Positions 48,284 to 58,777 of a DNA stretch of 64,000 nucleotides are shown here, piece by piece. The stretch lies in NCBI GenBank assembly GCA_047639455.1, contig JBLINS010000003.1, positions 3 to 64,002 of the forward strand. The letters run 5' to 3'. The notes below the pieces were generated by a model. That model did not search any database. It was not told the DNA's origin and was given only the letters and a program-made list of their open reading frames with translations. Positions within the stretch are counted from its first letter, which is position 1, and each line of letters opens with the position of its first letter. The position numbers and the translations under genes were made by a program. This stretch comes from Candidatus Omnitrophota bacterium (lineage in GTDB: Bacteria; Omnitrophota; Gorgyraeia; 2-02-FULL-51-18; JAGOUK01).

Positions 48284-48463
48284 ATAGCACCCTTTCATAA
48301 AATATTGACTGGTTATAGCTTAGTTATACTTATTATTAGTTAGTTTATTATAAGAATAATAATAAAATAATGCTTGTTAATATTGAAATTAGTATATTTG
48401 ACAGGTAAACTCCTTAATAGGGTCACAAATCTTACTTTGGGACCGATATTATTGAGGGCGTTT

Positions 48464-48757
48464 ATGAAGGTTTTACCGTTTCAAATATTGATGATTGCTA
48501 TCCTTTTCACAACATCTATTGCATGTAGTGAAGCGGTTCAGAGATCAAATCAAAAGGATATTCAAACCGAACTCCGCCCACACGGTGGTGGTATGCAGAT
48601 GCCATTAACGGGGGATGAGGAATATGTCGTTAATGAATTCGATAATGGTGGTCGTAAGGGTGATGTTGACGATTTTGATGTGCGTAAAAAAGACAATCAG
48701 TTTAGTAAACCTAAGAACAAAGTCGAATACGACTCCAGCAAAATACTTCTTTCCTAA
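48464..48757 (+). CDS. small putative lipoprotein/exported protein
   Basis: GAGG then ATG 48464; hydrophobic leader ending SIAC. Confidence 0.5.
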   Translation: MKVLPFQILMIAILFTTSIACSEAVQRSNQKDIQTELRPHGGGMQMPLTGDEEYVVNEFDNGGRKGDVDDFDVRKKDNQFSKPKNKVEYDSSKILLS

Positions 48758-49488
48758 AAATCAATAATACATTCAATTCCATAATGGTCTGAAGGGTATA
48801 GTCCATTGTGATTAGGCTTATTCAAGACAATTCTCGAGCTCTCTAATTTCCACTGGTGATTAGCGTGATTCCTGAGTAGAACCAAGTCCACACGTCGATT
48901 AGGGAATTTTGTATGGTGAGATTGAATGAAAGGGTTCACATTATCCCAGCTGGGTTTATTCTCATCTGGTTGACCTACCAAGCTATCCCCATAGTGATTA
49001 TCACGCAAAACAGTTAGCGGTGAACTGGAGTACTCACAATTAAAATCACCACAAGCAATAGCCGGTTTATCGGCAGCCACAATTAATTCATGTAAAGCTT
49101 GAGCTTGCTGTGAACGCGTTTGATCATCTTCAGGCTTCCAAGATAAATGGGTATTGGTTATAGTGAATGGAATAGAGTTGTATTCATATTGAGCGACAAT
49201 GACTTTGCGTGTGTAATTTTCTACTGGTGATCTGAATGTGTAGGGAATTAATTTAACTTTGATAGCTTGTGTTTTGGAGAGCAGACATAAACCGGTTTCA
49301 TCTGGGTCTGATAATTGCATGGTGAGACCTGTTGTTTTAGCTAAATTATCGAGCAAAGATCGGTCAGTGCCCTCTTGCAGACATAGGATATCCGGAGCTA
49401 ATTCAGCTATTTTTTGAGAGGCGAACTCCCAACGTTCGGCAAGCTTTGGCCCATAAATACCCCATATATTAAAGCTAATGATTTTCAT
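48754..49488 (-). CDS. endonuclease/exonuclease/phosphatase family protein
   Basis: SFNI, LCLQE, NTHL, GDFN, RVD, SDH. Confidence 0.88.
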   Translation of the reverse strand: MKIISFNIWGIYGPKLAERWEFASQKIAELAPDILCLQEGTDRSLLDNLAKTTGLTMQLSDPDETGLCLLSKTQAIKVKLIPYTFRSPVENYTRKVIVAQYEYNSIPFTITNTHLSWKPEDDQTRSQQAQALHELIVAADKPAIACGDFNCEYSSSPLTVLRDNHYGDSLVGQPDENKPSWDNVNPFIQSHHTKFPNRRVDLVLLRNHANHQWKLESSRIVLNKPNHNGLYPSDHYGIECIIDF

Positions 49489-49605
49489 AATATGCCCACT
49501 TTCGCCCTTAAGTCTCGTATCCTAGCATATTCTGTCTAGTCCTTGAAACTACCGTATAATGTTATAATACCCACGTTTGTTCGACTATTATAATTACGCG
49601 TTCAA

Positions 49606-49790
49606 CTGTCATTGCGAGAAGTGTAAAATTGTCACGACCTTCGTCATTGCGAGAAGCGCGTAGCAGCGACGAAGCAATCTCGAGCTAGTCTAAGCTTAGA
49701 TTGCCGCGTCAGCGCCATTAATTTGTTAGCGCTTTCTCGCAATGACGTTGGAGGTGCGTTGTGACACAGTCTGAATGACGAGGTGCTATG
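49606..49790. repeat. REP-like element with a remnant MITE right end
   Basis: GTCATTGCGAGAAG x2...CTCGCAATGACG; TGACACAGTCTGAATGAC as at 39979-39996. Confidence 0.75.
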
Positions 49791-49813
49791 ACGGTGTGTA
49801 ACTAGGGACTTTT

Positions 49814-51460
49814 ATGAATTCTATACCTTTACTTGTATTTAGTTTAGTGGCTTTTGCTTTGGCCTATCGGTTTTATGGGACTTTTTTGGCGCAGACTTTT
49901 GCCCTAGATCCATTGCGCAAGACTCCAGCAATAGAACGTAATGACGGACAGGATTTTGTGCCTGCTAAGAATTGGTGGGTTTTGTTCGGTCATCACTTTT
50001 CGTCTATATGTGGCGCAGGACCGATTGTTGGGCCGGCTTTAGCGTGCGCTTATTGGGGCTGGGGAGTGGCATTGATTTGGCTCATTGTTGGCGGCATATT
50101 CATGGGTGCGGTTTCTGATTTTTCTAGCTTAGTGATTAGTATGCGTTCTAGGGGGGAATCTATTGCGCAGGTCTCAGGCATAGAGATTTCTAAGCGTGTT
50201 CGTTTGATTTTTTCTATATTTTTGTGGATTGCCTTAGTTCTAGTCATAGCCGTTTTTTCTATATTTGGTGCTAAAACATTTATTCAAGAACCTGATGCAA
50301 TTATTCCTTCGATAGGGTTGATTCCAACTGCTATTCTTGTTGGTTGGCTTATGTATCGCACGCGGTTGAATAATGTAATCGGTACGTTGATTGGTCTAGT
50401 TGTGCTTATAGTTTTATTAATTATCGGCACGCAAATAGAGGTGGTTTTGAATGCATATGGCTCCATAACTCCAACACAAATTTGGATAGGCATATTGTTG
50501 ATTTATTGTTTTATAGCCTCTGTCATCCCAGTGCAAGTTTTGTTGCAACCACGCGATTATTTGGCCAGCTTCATTTTATTCGCCGTTATCATTACGGGTA
50601 TAGTGAGCATAATATTTGTGCATCCAAATATGCAGTCACCCGCTTTTATTGCCTGGAAACCCGAGAGCTTTGCTAAAGCTGGGCCCTTATGGCCAATGCT
50701 CTTTGTGACAGTCGCTTGTGGCGCTATATCAGGTTTTCATTCTTTGGTTTCCTCAGGCACAACTTGCAAACAAATAGCTAGTGAAACTCATGCGTGTCGG
50801 ATTGGTTATGGCGGCATGCTTTTGGAATCAATTGTGGGTGTTATGGTATTGATTATGGTTGCCGCAGGGTTGCAAAGAACTGAAGTTATTAGCTTATTAT
50901 CCGAGGGCGGACCAATAAGTGTTTTTAGTCATGGTTATGGAAATATCAGCCAAATCTTTTTGGGAGATTACGGAAGATCATTTGCCGTGCTAGGTCTTAA
51001 CGCATTCATATTAACAACATTAGACTCAGCCACGCGCATCACACGTTATTTGACTACAGAGATATTTGGCATACAGAATAAATATTTAGCAACTGGCATT
51101 GCTGTTATTGCTGCGGGTGCACTTGCGCTGTCGGGTCAGTGGAATATTCTCTGGCCTGTATTTGGTACGTCTAACCAACTCATTGCGGCAATTGCTTTAT
51201 TGATCGCCGCTTGTTGGCTTACGCGCCAGGGTAAAAAAATTAGATTTGTATTTATTCCGGCTTGTTTAATGATGGTGACAACGCTTGGGTCTTTTGCTTA
51301 TTTATTAAAGCAATCTTTGCATATAGGTGAAGCCAAAGGTCCAGAATGGATATTGGTTACTCTGTGCGCAGTATTGATTGTTCTATCAGTTATTATATTC
51401 ACGGATGCATTTGCTGTGCTTCAGGGTAAAAAAATTAGAACGGGCGAACCAATACTATGA
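49814..51460 (+). CDS. cstA: carbon starvation CstA family transporter
   Basis: VLFGHHFSSICGAGPIVGP, LLQPRDY, ACGAISGFHSL, TTLDSATR, FGTSNQL. Confidence 0.9.
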   Translation: MNSIPLLVFSLVAFALAYRFYGTFLAQTFALDPLRKTPAIERNDGQDFVPAKNWWVLFGHHFSSICGAGPIVGPALACAYWGWGVALIWLIVGGIFMGAVSDFSSLVISMRSRGESIAQVSGIEISKRVRLIFSIFLWIALVLVIAVFSIFGAKTFIQEPDAIIPSIGLIPTAILVGWLMYRTRLNNVIGTLIGLVVLIVLLIIGTQIEVVLNAYGSITPTQIWIGILLIYCFIASVIPVQVLLQPRDYLASFILFAVIITGIVSIIFVHPNMQSPAFIAWKPESFAKAGPLWPMLFVTVACGAISGFHSLVSSGTTCKQIASETHACRIGYGGMLLESIVGVMVLIMVAAGLQRTEVISLLSEGGPISVFSHGYGNISQIFLGDYGRSFAVLGLNAFILTTLDSATRITRYLTTEIFGIQNKYLATGIAVIAAGALALSGQWNILWPVFGTSNQLIAAIALLIAACWLTRQGKKIRFVFIPACLMMVTTLGSFAYLLKQSLHIGEAKGPEWILVTLCAVLIVLSVIIFTDAFAVLQGKKIRTGEPIL

Positions 51461-52332
51461 GCCAAAATTCAAACATCGTCACCATTGGATTAATTCAAAT
51501 GAGCATGACGACGGATATGCAATCTAATATTGCAAAAGGTGTTGCTTGGGTAGAAAAAGCAGCTCAAGCTGGGGCGAAGATTATTTGTTTACCAGAATTA
51601 TTTTCGACACATTATTTTCCGTGTGAAGAAGAGCAAGCTTCATTTGAATTGGCTGAGCCGATGACTGGGAATGCAGTTCAAGTCATGCAGGAATTGGCTA
51701 AGAAATTGGAAGTTGTGATTATTGTGCCCATATTTGAAAAAAGGGCGTCAGGCCTTTTTCATAATAGTGCCGCAGTCATTGATGCCGATGGAGAGGTGCT
51801 TGGCACTTATAGAAAGATGCATATTCCTGACGATCCTCATTTTTATGAGAAGTATTATTTCACTCCCGGCGACTTAGGCTTTAAGGCATTCAAGACACGT
51901 TATGCCAAAATTGGTGTATTGATTTGTTGGGATCAATGGTATCCAGAGGCCGCTCGTTTAACAGCCTTAGCAGGGGCCGAAATCATTTTTTATCCTACAG
52001 CTATTGGTTGGTTGCCGACAGAGCGTGATGAGCAAGCAGCATTGCAATTGAATGCATGGAAGACTATTCAAGTCTCGCATGCTATAGCTAATGGTGTTTA
52101 TGTGGCTTCTGCTAATCGGGTTGGTCAAGAATCCGTTACCAAATTTTGGGGAAATTCATTTATTACGAATCCCGAAAGTAAGGTTTTGGCGCAAGCTAAT
52201 CAAGACGAAGAAAATATCTTAATTGCCAAATGTGATTTGGAGCGGGTGAATAGTTTTAGGCAAGAATGGCCATTCTTGCGTGATAGGCGCATTGATGCCT
52301 ACGGCGATATTCAATCACGTTTCATAGATTGA
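51457..52332 (+). CDS. aguB: carbon-nitrogen hydrolase, probable N-carbamoylputrescine amidase
   Basis: LPELF, YRKMHIPDDP.FYEKYYF, ICWDQWYPE, YPTAIG; next to aguA. Confidence 0.85.
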   Translation: MSQNSNIVTIGLIQMSMTTDMQSNIAKGVAWVEKAAQAGAKIICLPELFSTHYFPCEEEQASFELAEPMTGNAVQVMQELAKKLEVVIIVPIFEKRASGLFHNSAAVIDADGEVLGTYRKMHIPDDPHFYEKYYFTPGDLGFKAFKTRYAKIGVLICWDQWYPEAARLTALAGAEIIFYPTAIGWLPTERDEQAALQLNAWKTIQVSHAIANGVYVASANRVGQESVTKFWGNSFITNPESKVLAQANQDEENILIAKCDLERVNSFRQEWPFLRDRRIDAYGDIQSRFID

Positions 52333-52351
52333 ATGATGAGGAATTCTTAAA

Positions 52352-53410
52352 ATGTCCCAACAATTAAATACAACACCTAAACAAGCTGGTTTCTTTATGC
52401 CAGCCGAATGGCATACACATTCAGCAACGTGGTTGTCTTGGCCCAATAATGCCACTACATGGACTAAGGACATGTCGATTGTTGAGGCCACGTTTTTAGA
52501 AATAATGCAGTATATCGCTGAATCCGAACAAGTGAATTTATTAGTTGACTCATCAACAGAGCAAGAGCGCATTATGAGTTTAATGAAGCATACGGACATT
52601 AATTTATTGAATATTAATTTTGTACTAGAAAAAACGCATGATATTTGGATTCGTGATTATGGCCCAAATTATTTAATTCGTAGTGATAAAGGCAAAGCTG
52701 CTTTGGCTTATAATGGCTGGATATTCGATGCTTGGGGTAATAAATATGATGATTTGAAAAAAGACGGCGAATTATTAAGTAGGCTCGAAGCGCAACTACC
52801 TATGCATAAATTTAGTCCCGGCATTATTTTGGAAGGTGGTTCTATAGACGTGAATGGGGCAGGAGACTGTCTCACAACTCGACAGTGTTTGCTTAATAAG
52901 AATCGCAATGCTCACTTAAATCAGGCTGAAATAGAAATGTATTTAAAAGATTATTTGGGTCTTGAACGCATTCATTGGTTGAATGAAGGCATAACGGGAG
53001 ATGATACTGATGGGCATATTGATGACATAGCTCGGTTTGTTAATAAAGACACAATTGTTATTGCCCAACCTAATATAGTAGATAAATCTAATCAAAGAAT
53101 TCTTCTGGAGAATAAAGAATTATTAGAATCGGCGAAGGGTGCGAACGGAAAGTGTTTTGAAGTGATTGCATTGCCTGCACCGAGATCAATGCAATTCGAG
53201 GGCTGTGATTTGCCAGCATCGTATGCAAATTTTTATATATGCAACTCATCCGTATTGGTGCCTACATTCAATGACCCAAATGACAAAATAGCCTTGAGTA
53301 TTCTAGACGATATTTTTGTGAATCGTAAGGTAGTAGGAATTGATTGCAGTGTTATGCTTAGGGGCTTAGGAACAATACATTGCGCGTCGCAACAAGTGCC
53401 AATAGTTTAA
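52352..53410 (+). CDS. aguA: agmatine deiminase family protein
   Basis: MPAEW, WIRDYGP, LEGGSID, DTDGHID, ASYANF, G.IHC.SQQ. Confidence 0.9.
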   Translation: MSQQLNTTPKQAGFFMPAEWHTHSATWLSWPNNATTWTKDMSIVEATFLEIMQYIAESEQVNLLVDSSTEQERIMSLMKHTDINLLNINFVLEKTHDIWIRDYGPNYLIRSDKGKAALAYNGWIFDAWGNKYDDLKKDGELLSRLEAQLPMHKFSPGIILEGGSIDVNGAGDCLTTRQCLLNKNRNAHLNQAEIEMYLKDYLGLERIHWLNEGITGDDTDGHIDDIARFVNKDTIVIAQPNIVDKSNQRILLENKELLESAKGANGKCFEVIALPAPRSMQFEGCDLPASYANFYICNSSVLVPTFNDPNDKIALSILDDIFVNRKVVGIDCSVMLRGLGTIHCASQQVPIV

Positions 53411-53414
53411 TTAA

Positions 53415-53543
53415 CGTCATCCTGAGGTCCGCGTAGCAAGGGCCGTGAGGATCTCCCAGAAGCCGCGTAGCAGGATCCATGCGTAGCAACGAAAAGCTTT
53501 TTGCTGTGGGATTATTACGTCGCTACGCTCCTCATAATGACGG
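53415..53543. repeat. REP-like element
   Basis: CGTCATCCTGAGG...GCTACGCTCCTCATAATGACG. Confidence 0.75.
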
Positions 53544-53558
53544 ACAAGAGGGGGTAAT

Positions 53559-53912
53559 ATGACAATAGTATTATATGTTTTGTGCGGTGCTGCGATTGGG
53601 ACTGTGGCTGGAGTAATTGGTATTGGTGGGGGCGCGATGTTGGTGCCTTTGTTTATATATTTGTTCAAAATGGATATTTATCATGCCGTTGGAACATCTT
53701 TGGCCGTCATCGCACCTATTAGCTTAATCGGTGCATTTTCTCATCACCTCAAAGGCAATGTGCAATTGACGCAGATATTGTGGATAGCTTTAGGTGCCGC
53801 ATTAGGTATGTTTTTGAGCGGTCAAATAATTCAATATATCCCAGCGCCTTTTTTGCGCAAAGGTTTTGCCGTTTTTCTGTTATTTGTGGCAGTTAAATTA
53901 TTGATTAAATGA
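53559..53912 (+). CDS. half-size sulfite exporter TauE/SafE family protein
   Basis: GVIGIGGGAMLVP, AVGTSL. Confidence 0.8.
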   Translation: MTIVLYVLCGAAIGTVAGVIGIGGGAMLVPLFIYLFKMDIYHAVGTSLAVIAPISLIGAFSHHLKGNVQLTQILWIALGAALGMFLSGQIIQYIPAPFLRKGFAVFLLFVAVKLLIK

Positions 53913-53923
53913 TTTGGATTTAT

Positions 53924-54148
53924 TTATTCGGCAGCGATTAAGGGTGGGGTGGTCAGTAATTTATCCAAAACAATTTTGGAGTCAAATGTTTGCGTGTCAG
54001 GCTTTTCTCGAAGTAGCATAACGCGTGTGCCCATGCTAAACATGGGCTCTTGATTATTTTTGCGCGCCACATAATCATTAATCGCCATTGAGCCCAGTAT
54101 AGCCGATAGAAATACAAAAAAGATGAAAGGATAAACGAATTTAGCCAT
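53924..54148 (-). CDS. small membrane hypothetical protein
   Basis: N-terminal TM helix; fills the intergenic gap. Confidence 0.45.
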   Translation of the reverse strand: MAKFVYPFIFFVFLSAILGSMAINDYVARKNNQEPMFSMGTRVMLLREKPDTQTFDSKIVLDKLLTTPPLIAAE

Positions 54149-54359
54149 AATTTAAGATATGTAAAGATACTCCTTTAAGCAAAAGCATACCTGCCAATCA
54201 CCCAGATTTCAACCCTCCTCTGAATCGAACCCAATTTTTAAGTAGACTTCGGTTAAAATAGGCTGTTGATTGATTGGTCCAGTGCCTAGCAGAATCTAGC
54301 AATTGATTAAAATTAAAATTAATCATTATTGCCTATTTTTGTGCTAAAATCAGTGTAAT

Positions 54360-54980
54360 ATGTTAAAACAAGTATCAAAAACACAAATTAGTATTGTCAC
54401 GATATTGCTCTTGGTTTTGTCCATTGTTGCCGTGCGTATGGTGGTGGGTGAACCAAGCTCTCCTCAAAATACCAATTATTCTAAGTCCAAAGGCAATCCC
54501 GAAGCTCCCCTCAAAATCATTAAATTCTCTGACTATCAATGCCCCTCATGCGCTAGAGCAACAGATATGATTAGAGAATATATGCAAAAATACCCCAATC
54601 AAATTCATGTGGAGATGAAGTATTTTCCTTTAAAAATGCATACCTTTGGTTTACTTGCGGCACTTTATGCAGAATGTTCACGCAAACAAAATAAGTTTTG
54701 GGGCATGAGTGATTTATTATTCTCCTCACAAGACGTGTGGCGTGAATTAGATAATGCTAAACCTATATTTGATCGCTTGGCTACAGAAATTGGTGTTGAT
54801 CAAGCGGTGTTTGACACTTGTTTAGTAGACACTGAAACACCTAAATTAATTTGGGCTGATCGTCGTGAGGGTGATGCCCTCAAAGTTAGATCCACACCGT
54901 CCTTTTTGGTGAATGACGAATTCGTTGTGGGTGGCAAGGCCCTAAAAAGAAAATTAGAAGAGTATTTTAAAGAGAATTAG
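54360..54980 (+). CDS. DsbA/DsbG-like thioredoxin-fold oxidoreductase
   Basis: KGNPEAP, FSDYQCPSC, FPL, VRSTPSF. Confidence 0.88.
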   Translation: MLKQVSKTQISIVTILLLVLSIVAVRMVVGEPSSPQNTNYSKSKGNPEAPLKIIKFSDYQCPSCARATDMIREYMQKYPNQIHVEMKYFPLKMHTFGLLAALYAECSRKQNKFWGMSDLLFSSQDVWRELDNAKPIFDRLATEIGVDQAVFDTCLVDTETPKLIWADRREGDALKVRSTPSFLVNDEFVVGGKALKRKLEEYFKEN

Positions 54981-54994
54981 ATTCGAAAAGAAGT

Positions 54995-55435
54995 ATGAAT
55001 ATTTATAATGCATTTAGAGTGATTTTGGGCCTTTTATTTTTCATTTCAGGCTTTGAAAAGGTCACTCAGCCATATCAAAATTTTCAATACATTATCGAAG
55101 CTTATGAAATGGTTGAAGGTAATGCCGCTATGCTGGTTGCACGCATATTGCCTTGGGTGGAGTTGATAGCCGGCTTGTTCTTAATGCTCGGATTAAAAAT
55201 CAGACAATCCCTATTCGCCATTCAAGGTATGTTGGTACTCTTCATATTAGTTGTCTTGCAGGCACTTATTCGCAAGCTGGATTTGAGTTCTTGCGGTTGT
55301 TTTGGTGAATCAATTCATATACCTTTATGGGTGATTTATTTAATGGACACATTCTTTTTGGTAGGAACTTATGTATTGCATAAAAAATGGGATAAGACAC
55401 GTCGATATAGCTTTGATGCGTATTTTGCAAAGTAG
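54995..55435 (+). CDS. DoxX/MauE family membrane protein
   Basis: FISGFEK, LPWVEL, SCGCFG. Confidence 0.85.
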   Translation: MNIYNAFRVILGLLFFISGFEKVTQPYQNFQYIIEAYEMVEGNAAMLVARILPWVELIAGLFLMLGLKIRQSLFAIQGMLVLFILVVLQALIRKLDLSSCGCFGESIHIPLWVIYLMDTFFLVGTYVLHKKWDKTRRYSFDAYFAK

Positions 55436-55437
55436 AC

Positions 55438-56088
55438 GTGGATAAATATCAATTAATTATTTTTGATTTTGATGGCACATTGGTGGATACGGCACCTGAT
55501 ATTGCTATATGCGCGAATCGAGTCTTAAAGCAATATGGATTTGAAGAAAAGTCATTGGAAGAAATCAAGCCAACTATTAGACGTGGCGTTAATGACTTGA
55601 TTAGAGATTTGATGTTTGGGCCTCAAGGTGGGGAGTTACCAGCGGGGTGTGTGGAAGCTTTTAGAGAAGATTACTTGAAGAATTGTTTGGTTAAGACTGA
55701 GATTTATCCAGGTGTTGTGAATGTCTTGAAGAATGAGTTGGCTAATATTAAAAAGGTGATTGTCACCAATAAGCCACACCACTTAGCTCTGCGCATGGTG
55801 GAGTCTTTAAGACTAAGTCCATTTTTTTTAAACGTGCTTGGGACTGGGCTAGACTTTAAGCTAAAGCCCAATCCAGAAGGAAGTATGCATATTATGCGTG
55901 AGTTAAAAGTAAATGCAAATGAAGTTTTATTAATTGGTGACAGTGATATTGATTGTCAATTGGCAATCAATGCTGGGGTTGATTTTGGTTGGGTAGACTA
56001 TGGTTATGGAGCAAAACCAGAAGGGTCAACTCGTTTTGTTTTTTCTGAAGCAAGTCAATGGGGGATATTAAATAATGGAAATGTTTGA
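55438..56088 (+). CDS. HAD phosphatase (phosphoglycolate phosphatase-like)
   Basis: FDFDGTLVDT, VTNK, KPNP, IGDS..D. Confidence 0.85.
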   Translation: MDKYQLIIFDFDGTLVDTAPDIAICANRVLKQYGFEEKSLEEIKPTIRRGVNDLIRDLMFGPQGGELPAGCVEAFREDYLKNCLVKTEIYPGVVNVLKNELANIKKVIVTNKPHHLALRMVESLRLSPFFLNVLGTGLDFKLKPNPEGSMHIMRELKVNANEVLLIGDSDIDCQLAINAGVDFGWVDYGYGAKPEGSTRFVFSEASQWGILNNGNV

Positions 56089-57937
56089 TGCTAAGCATAT
56101 GTCAGCAGGAAAAAAAGCAGCTATGGATGTTGCTGAATCGGCACGTGAGGCTGAATGGACTCAACCCAGTTTTGTGGCTAGCTTGTTTAAAGGTAAATTT
56201 GATTGGGGTTTAGTTCACCCATACCCCACTCAAACAGCAGAAGACAAAAAAATAGGCGATGAATTCTGTGCCAAGATTGAGACTATGCTCAAAGCAAAGT
56301 TAAATGCCGATGAAGTCGATCGCACAGGCATTATCCCTGAAGAAGTTTATCAAGGCCTAGCCGAATTAGGCTGCTTTGCTATCAAAATCCCTAAAGAATA
56401 TGATGGTTTAGGCATGACACAGGTTAATTATAATCGCGCCGTGGGGCTTGTAGCTAGTCATTGTGGTTCTACTGCCGTGATGTTGTCTGCACATCAATCC
56501 ATAGGTGTGCCGCAACCCCTCAAAATGTTTGGTACCGAAGAACAGAAGAAAAAGTATTTACCACGTTTCAAAAACAAGTATATCTCAGCATTTGCATTAA
56601 CTGAGCCTGATGTGGGTTCTGATCCTGCCAAAATGTCGACTAAGGCTGACCCAATAGATGATGGTGCTAATTTTGTTATTAATGGAACTAAACTATGGTG
56701 CACTAATGGCGCGATAGCCGATATATTCATTGTTATGGCTCAAACCCCACGTAAAATGATTAAGGGTAAAGAAAGACAACAAATCACAGCTTTCATTGTT
56801 GAGAAAGATATGCCAGGTGTGGAAGTTCTGCATCGTTGTAGCTTTATGGGCTTGAACGGCATACAAAATGCTTTGATCAAGTTCACGGACGTCAAAGTGC
56901 CTAAAGAGAATATAGTCTTAGGAGAAGGTAAGGGCTTGAGACTTGCGCTAACTACTTTGAATACAGGTAGACTTACCGTTCCGGCTGCCACATCCGCCAT
57001 GGCTAAGTATTGTTTGAACGTCGTGCGTGAATGGTCTAGAGAACGCGTTCAATGGGGTGCCGCTATTGGCAAACATGAAGCTGTTGCGAATAAAATAGCT
57101 TCTATGGCAGCACATACATTTGCCATGGAAAGTGTGACTTGGCTAGTTTCTCATATGGCTGATCAGGGTAAGACAGATATGCGCTTAGAAGCGGCTATGT
57201 CCAAATTATTTTGTACAGAAATCTCTTGGCGCATAGCCGACGATACTGTGCAAATACGTGGTGGAAGAGGCTATGAAACCGCTGATTCTTTAAGAGCTAG
57301 AGGTGAGAGGGCCATTCCGGCCGAAAGAATTATGCGTGATACACGTATTAACTTAATCATTGAAGGCACAACCGATATTATGCATTTATTCATCGCCCGC
57401 GAAGCTATGGATTGGCATCTTAAATTAGCCATGGGACTATTCGCCCCAGGTAGTATCTTTTCCAAAATCCCATACTTTCTTAAGGCCACATCGGTTTATG
57501 CCTTATGGTATCCAAAATTATGGTTCATCCCCAACTCCATCAGCATGGACGGCGTGCCGCCGAAACTTAAAGGTCATTTAAGAGCTGTTGAACGTTTGGG
57601 CCGCAAAATGTCACGCGACATGTTCCATCTCATGGCCATAAACGGACCTAAGCTTGAACAAAAACAAAAGTCTTTAGCGCGCATAGTTAATATTGGAACG
57701 GATCTATTCGCTATGGCTGCCAGCATTGCGCAAGCAGCACAATTAGCCAAAGACGTCCCAGCCGCAGCTAATGCTGTCGATTTATGTGATTTGTTCTGCC
57801 AATATGCTCGTAAACGCATTAAAGGCGAATTCAAGGATTTGTTCTGCAATAATGACACCAAAGCTTACAATGTTAGCCGTGATGTCTTTGACGGCAAATT
57901 CACATGGCTCGAAAATGGAGTCATGAAGCCAGAATAA
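56075..57937 (+). CDS. acyl-CoA dehydrogenase
   Basis: AFALTEPDVGSD, NGTKLWCTNG, LNTGR, QIRGGRGY, IIEGT. Confidence 0.92.
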   Translation: MEMFDAKHMSAGKKAAMDVAESAREAEWTQPSFVASLFKGKFDWGLVHPYPTQTAEDKKIGDEFCAKIETMLKAKLNADEVDRTGIIPEEVYQGLAELGCFAIKIPKEYDGLGMTQVNYNRAVGLVASHCGSTAVMLSAHQSIGVPQPLKMFGTEEQKKKYLPRFKNKYISAFALTEPDVGSDPAKMSTKADPIDDGANFVINGTKLWCTNGAIADIFIVMAQTPRKMIKGKERQQITAFIVEKDMPGVEVLHRCSFMGLNGIQNALIKFTDVKVPKENIVLGEGKGLRLALTTLNTGRLTVPAATSAMAKYCLNVVREWSRERVQWGAAIGKHEAVANKIASMAAHTFAMESVTWLVSHMADQGKTDMRLEAAMSKLFCTEISWRIADDTVQIRGGRGYETADSLRARGERAIPAERIMRDTRINLIIEGTTDIMHLFIAREAMDWHLKLAMGLFAPGSIFSKIPYFLKATSVYALWYPKLWFIPNSISMDGVPPKLKGHLRAVERLGRKMSRDMFHLMAINGPKLEQKQKSLARIVNIGTDLFAMAASIAQAAQLAKDVPAAANAVDLCDLFCQYARKRIKGEFKDLFCNNDTKAYNVSRDVFDGKFTWLENGVMKPE

Positions 57938-57946
57938 CTTTTACCG

Positions 57947-58140
57947 CGTCATTACGAGGAGTACGTAGCTGCGACGTGGCAATCTAAGATCAACACGATA
58001 CAAATTTATTAATATGCGAGACCCAGCGCCTAATTAAACTCCAGATTGCCGTGTTGCTGTGACGGTGCGAGCCTCAACGCGAGACACCTAATGTCGGTGT
58101 AACTAGAGTGTAACCGACCTACGCGCAACTCGCAATGACG
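57947..58140. repeat. REP-like element carrying the 62-bp module (58059-58120)
   Basis: GCGTCATTACGAGG...GGCAATCT...AGATTGCC...CTCGCAATGACG. Confidence 0.8.
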
Positions 58141-58240
58141 TTGATTTTGTGCACATTTTCCTCTCGCCGACTTGTCGATTGACACTTTGACTGGTATCGG
58201 TTATGGTTTTATGCAGGTAATAGGCTGATTAATAAATATA

Positions 58241-58777
58241 TTGTCCAAAATTGATTCCAGACCCCATAAGAAACGCAAGCTCGTCTTTGAAGGCCGCAGA
58301 TTAACTGTTTATCGTGATACGGTACCCATTTGCGGCAAGGATAGAATTCGTGATTGGATAGCCAGACCTAAGGTTTCGGCCATGGTTGTGGTGACGCCTA
58401 AGAACAAAATCGTTTTAGTGCGTCAATATCGACATGGTGCTAATGCCTATTTGTGGGAAATACCCGCAGGCACAGTTGACCAAGGTGAGTTACCGCGTGT
58501 TTGTGCTAAGCGCGAGACCGAAGAAGAAACAGGCTATAAACCCAAAAAATTAACAAGTTTGGGAACATTTATTGTGATGCCTGCGGAATCGAATGGCAAA
58601 GTCTACCTATATATAGCAATTGATTTAATTAAAACTAAGCCAAATCCGGATAGTGATGAAGAGTTGGAAATCCGGGAATTTAATCAGACTGAAATTAAAC
58701 GTATGTTAAAACAAGGAAAAATAAGCGATGCCAAATCCATCATCGGACTCTACCGATATTTCGAAAAAAGATCTTAG
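58241..58777 (+). CDS. NUDIX hydrolase (ADP-ribose pyrophosphatase-like)
   Basis: VRQYR, EIPAG..D.GE....CAKRETEEETG, ISDAKS. Confidence 0.88.
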   Translation: MSKIDSRPHKKRKLVFEGRRLTVYRDTVPICGKDRIRDWIARPKVSAMVVVTPKNKIVLVRQYRHGANAYLWEIPAGTVDQGELPRVCAKRETEEETGYKPKKLTSLGTFIVMPAESNGKVYLYIAIDLIKTKPNPDSDEELEIREFNQTEIKRMLKQGKISDAKSIIGLYRYFEKRS

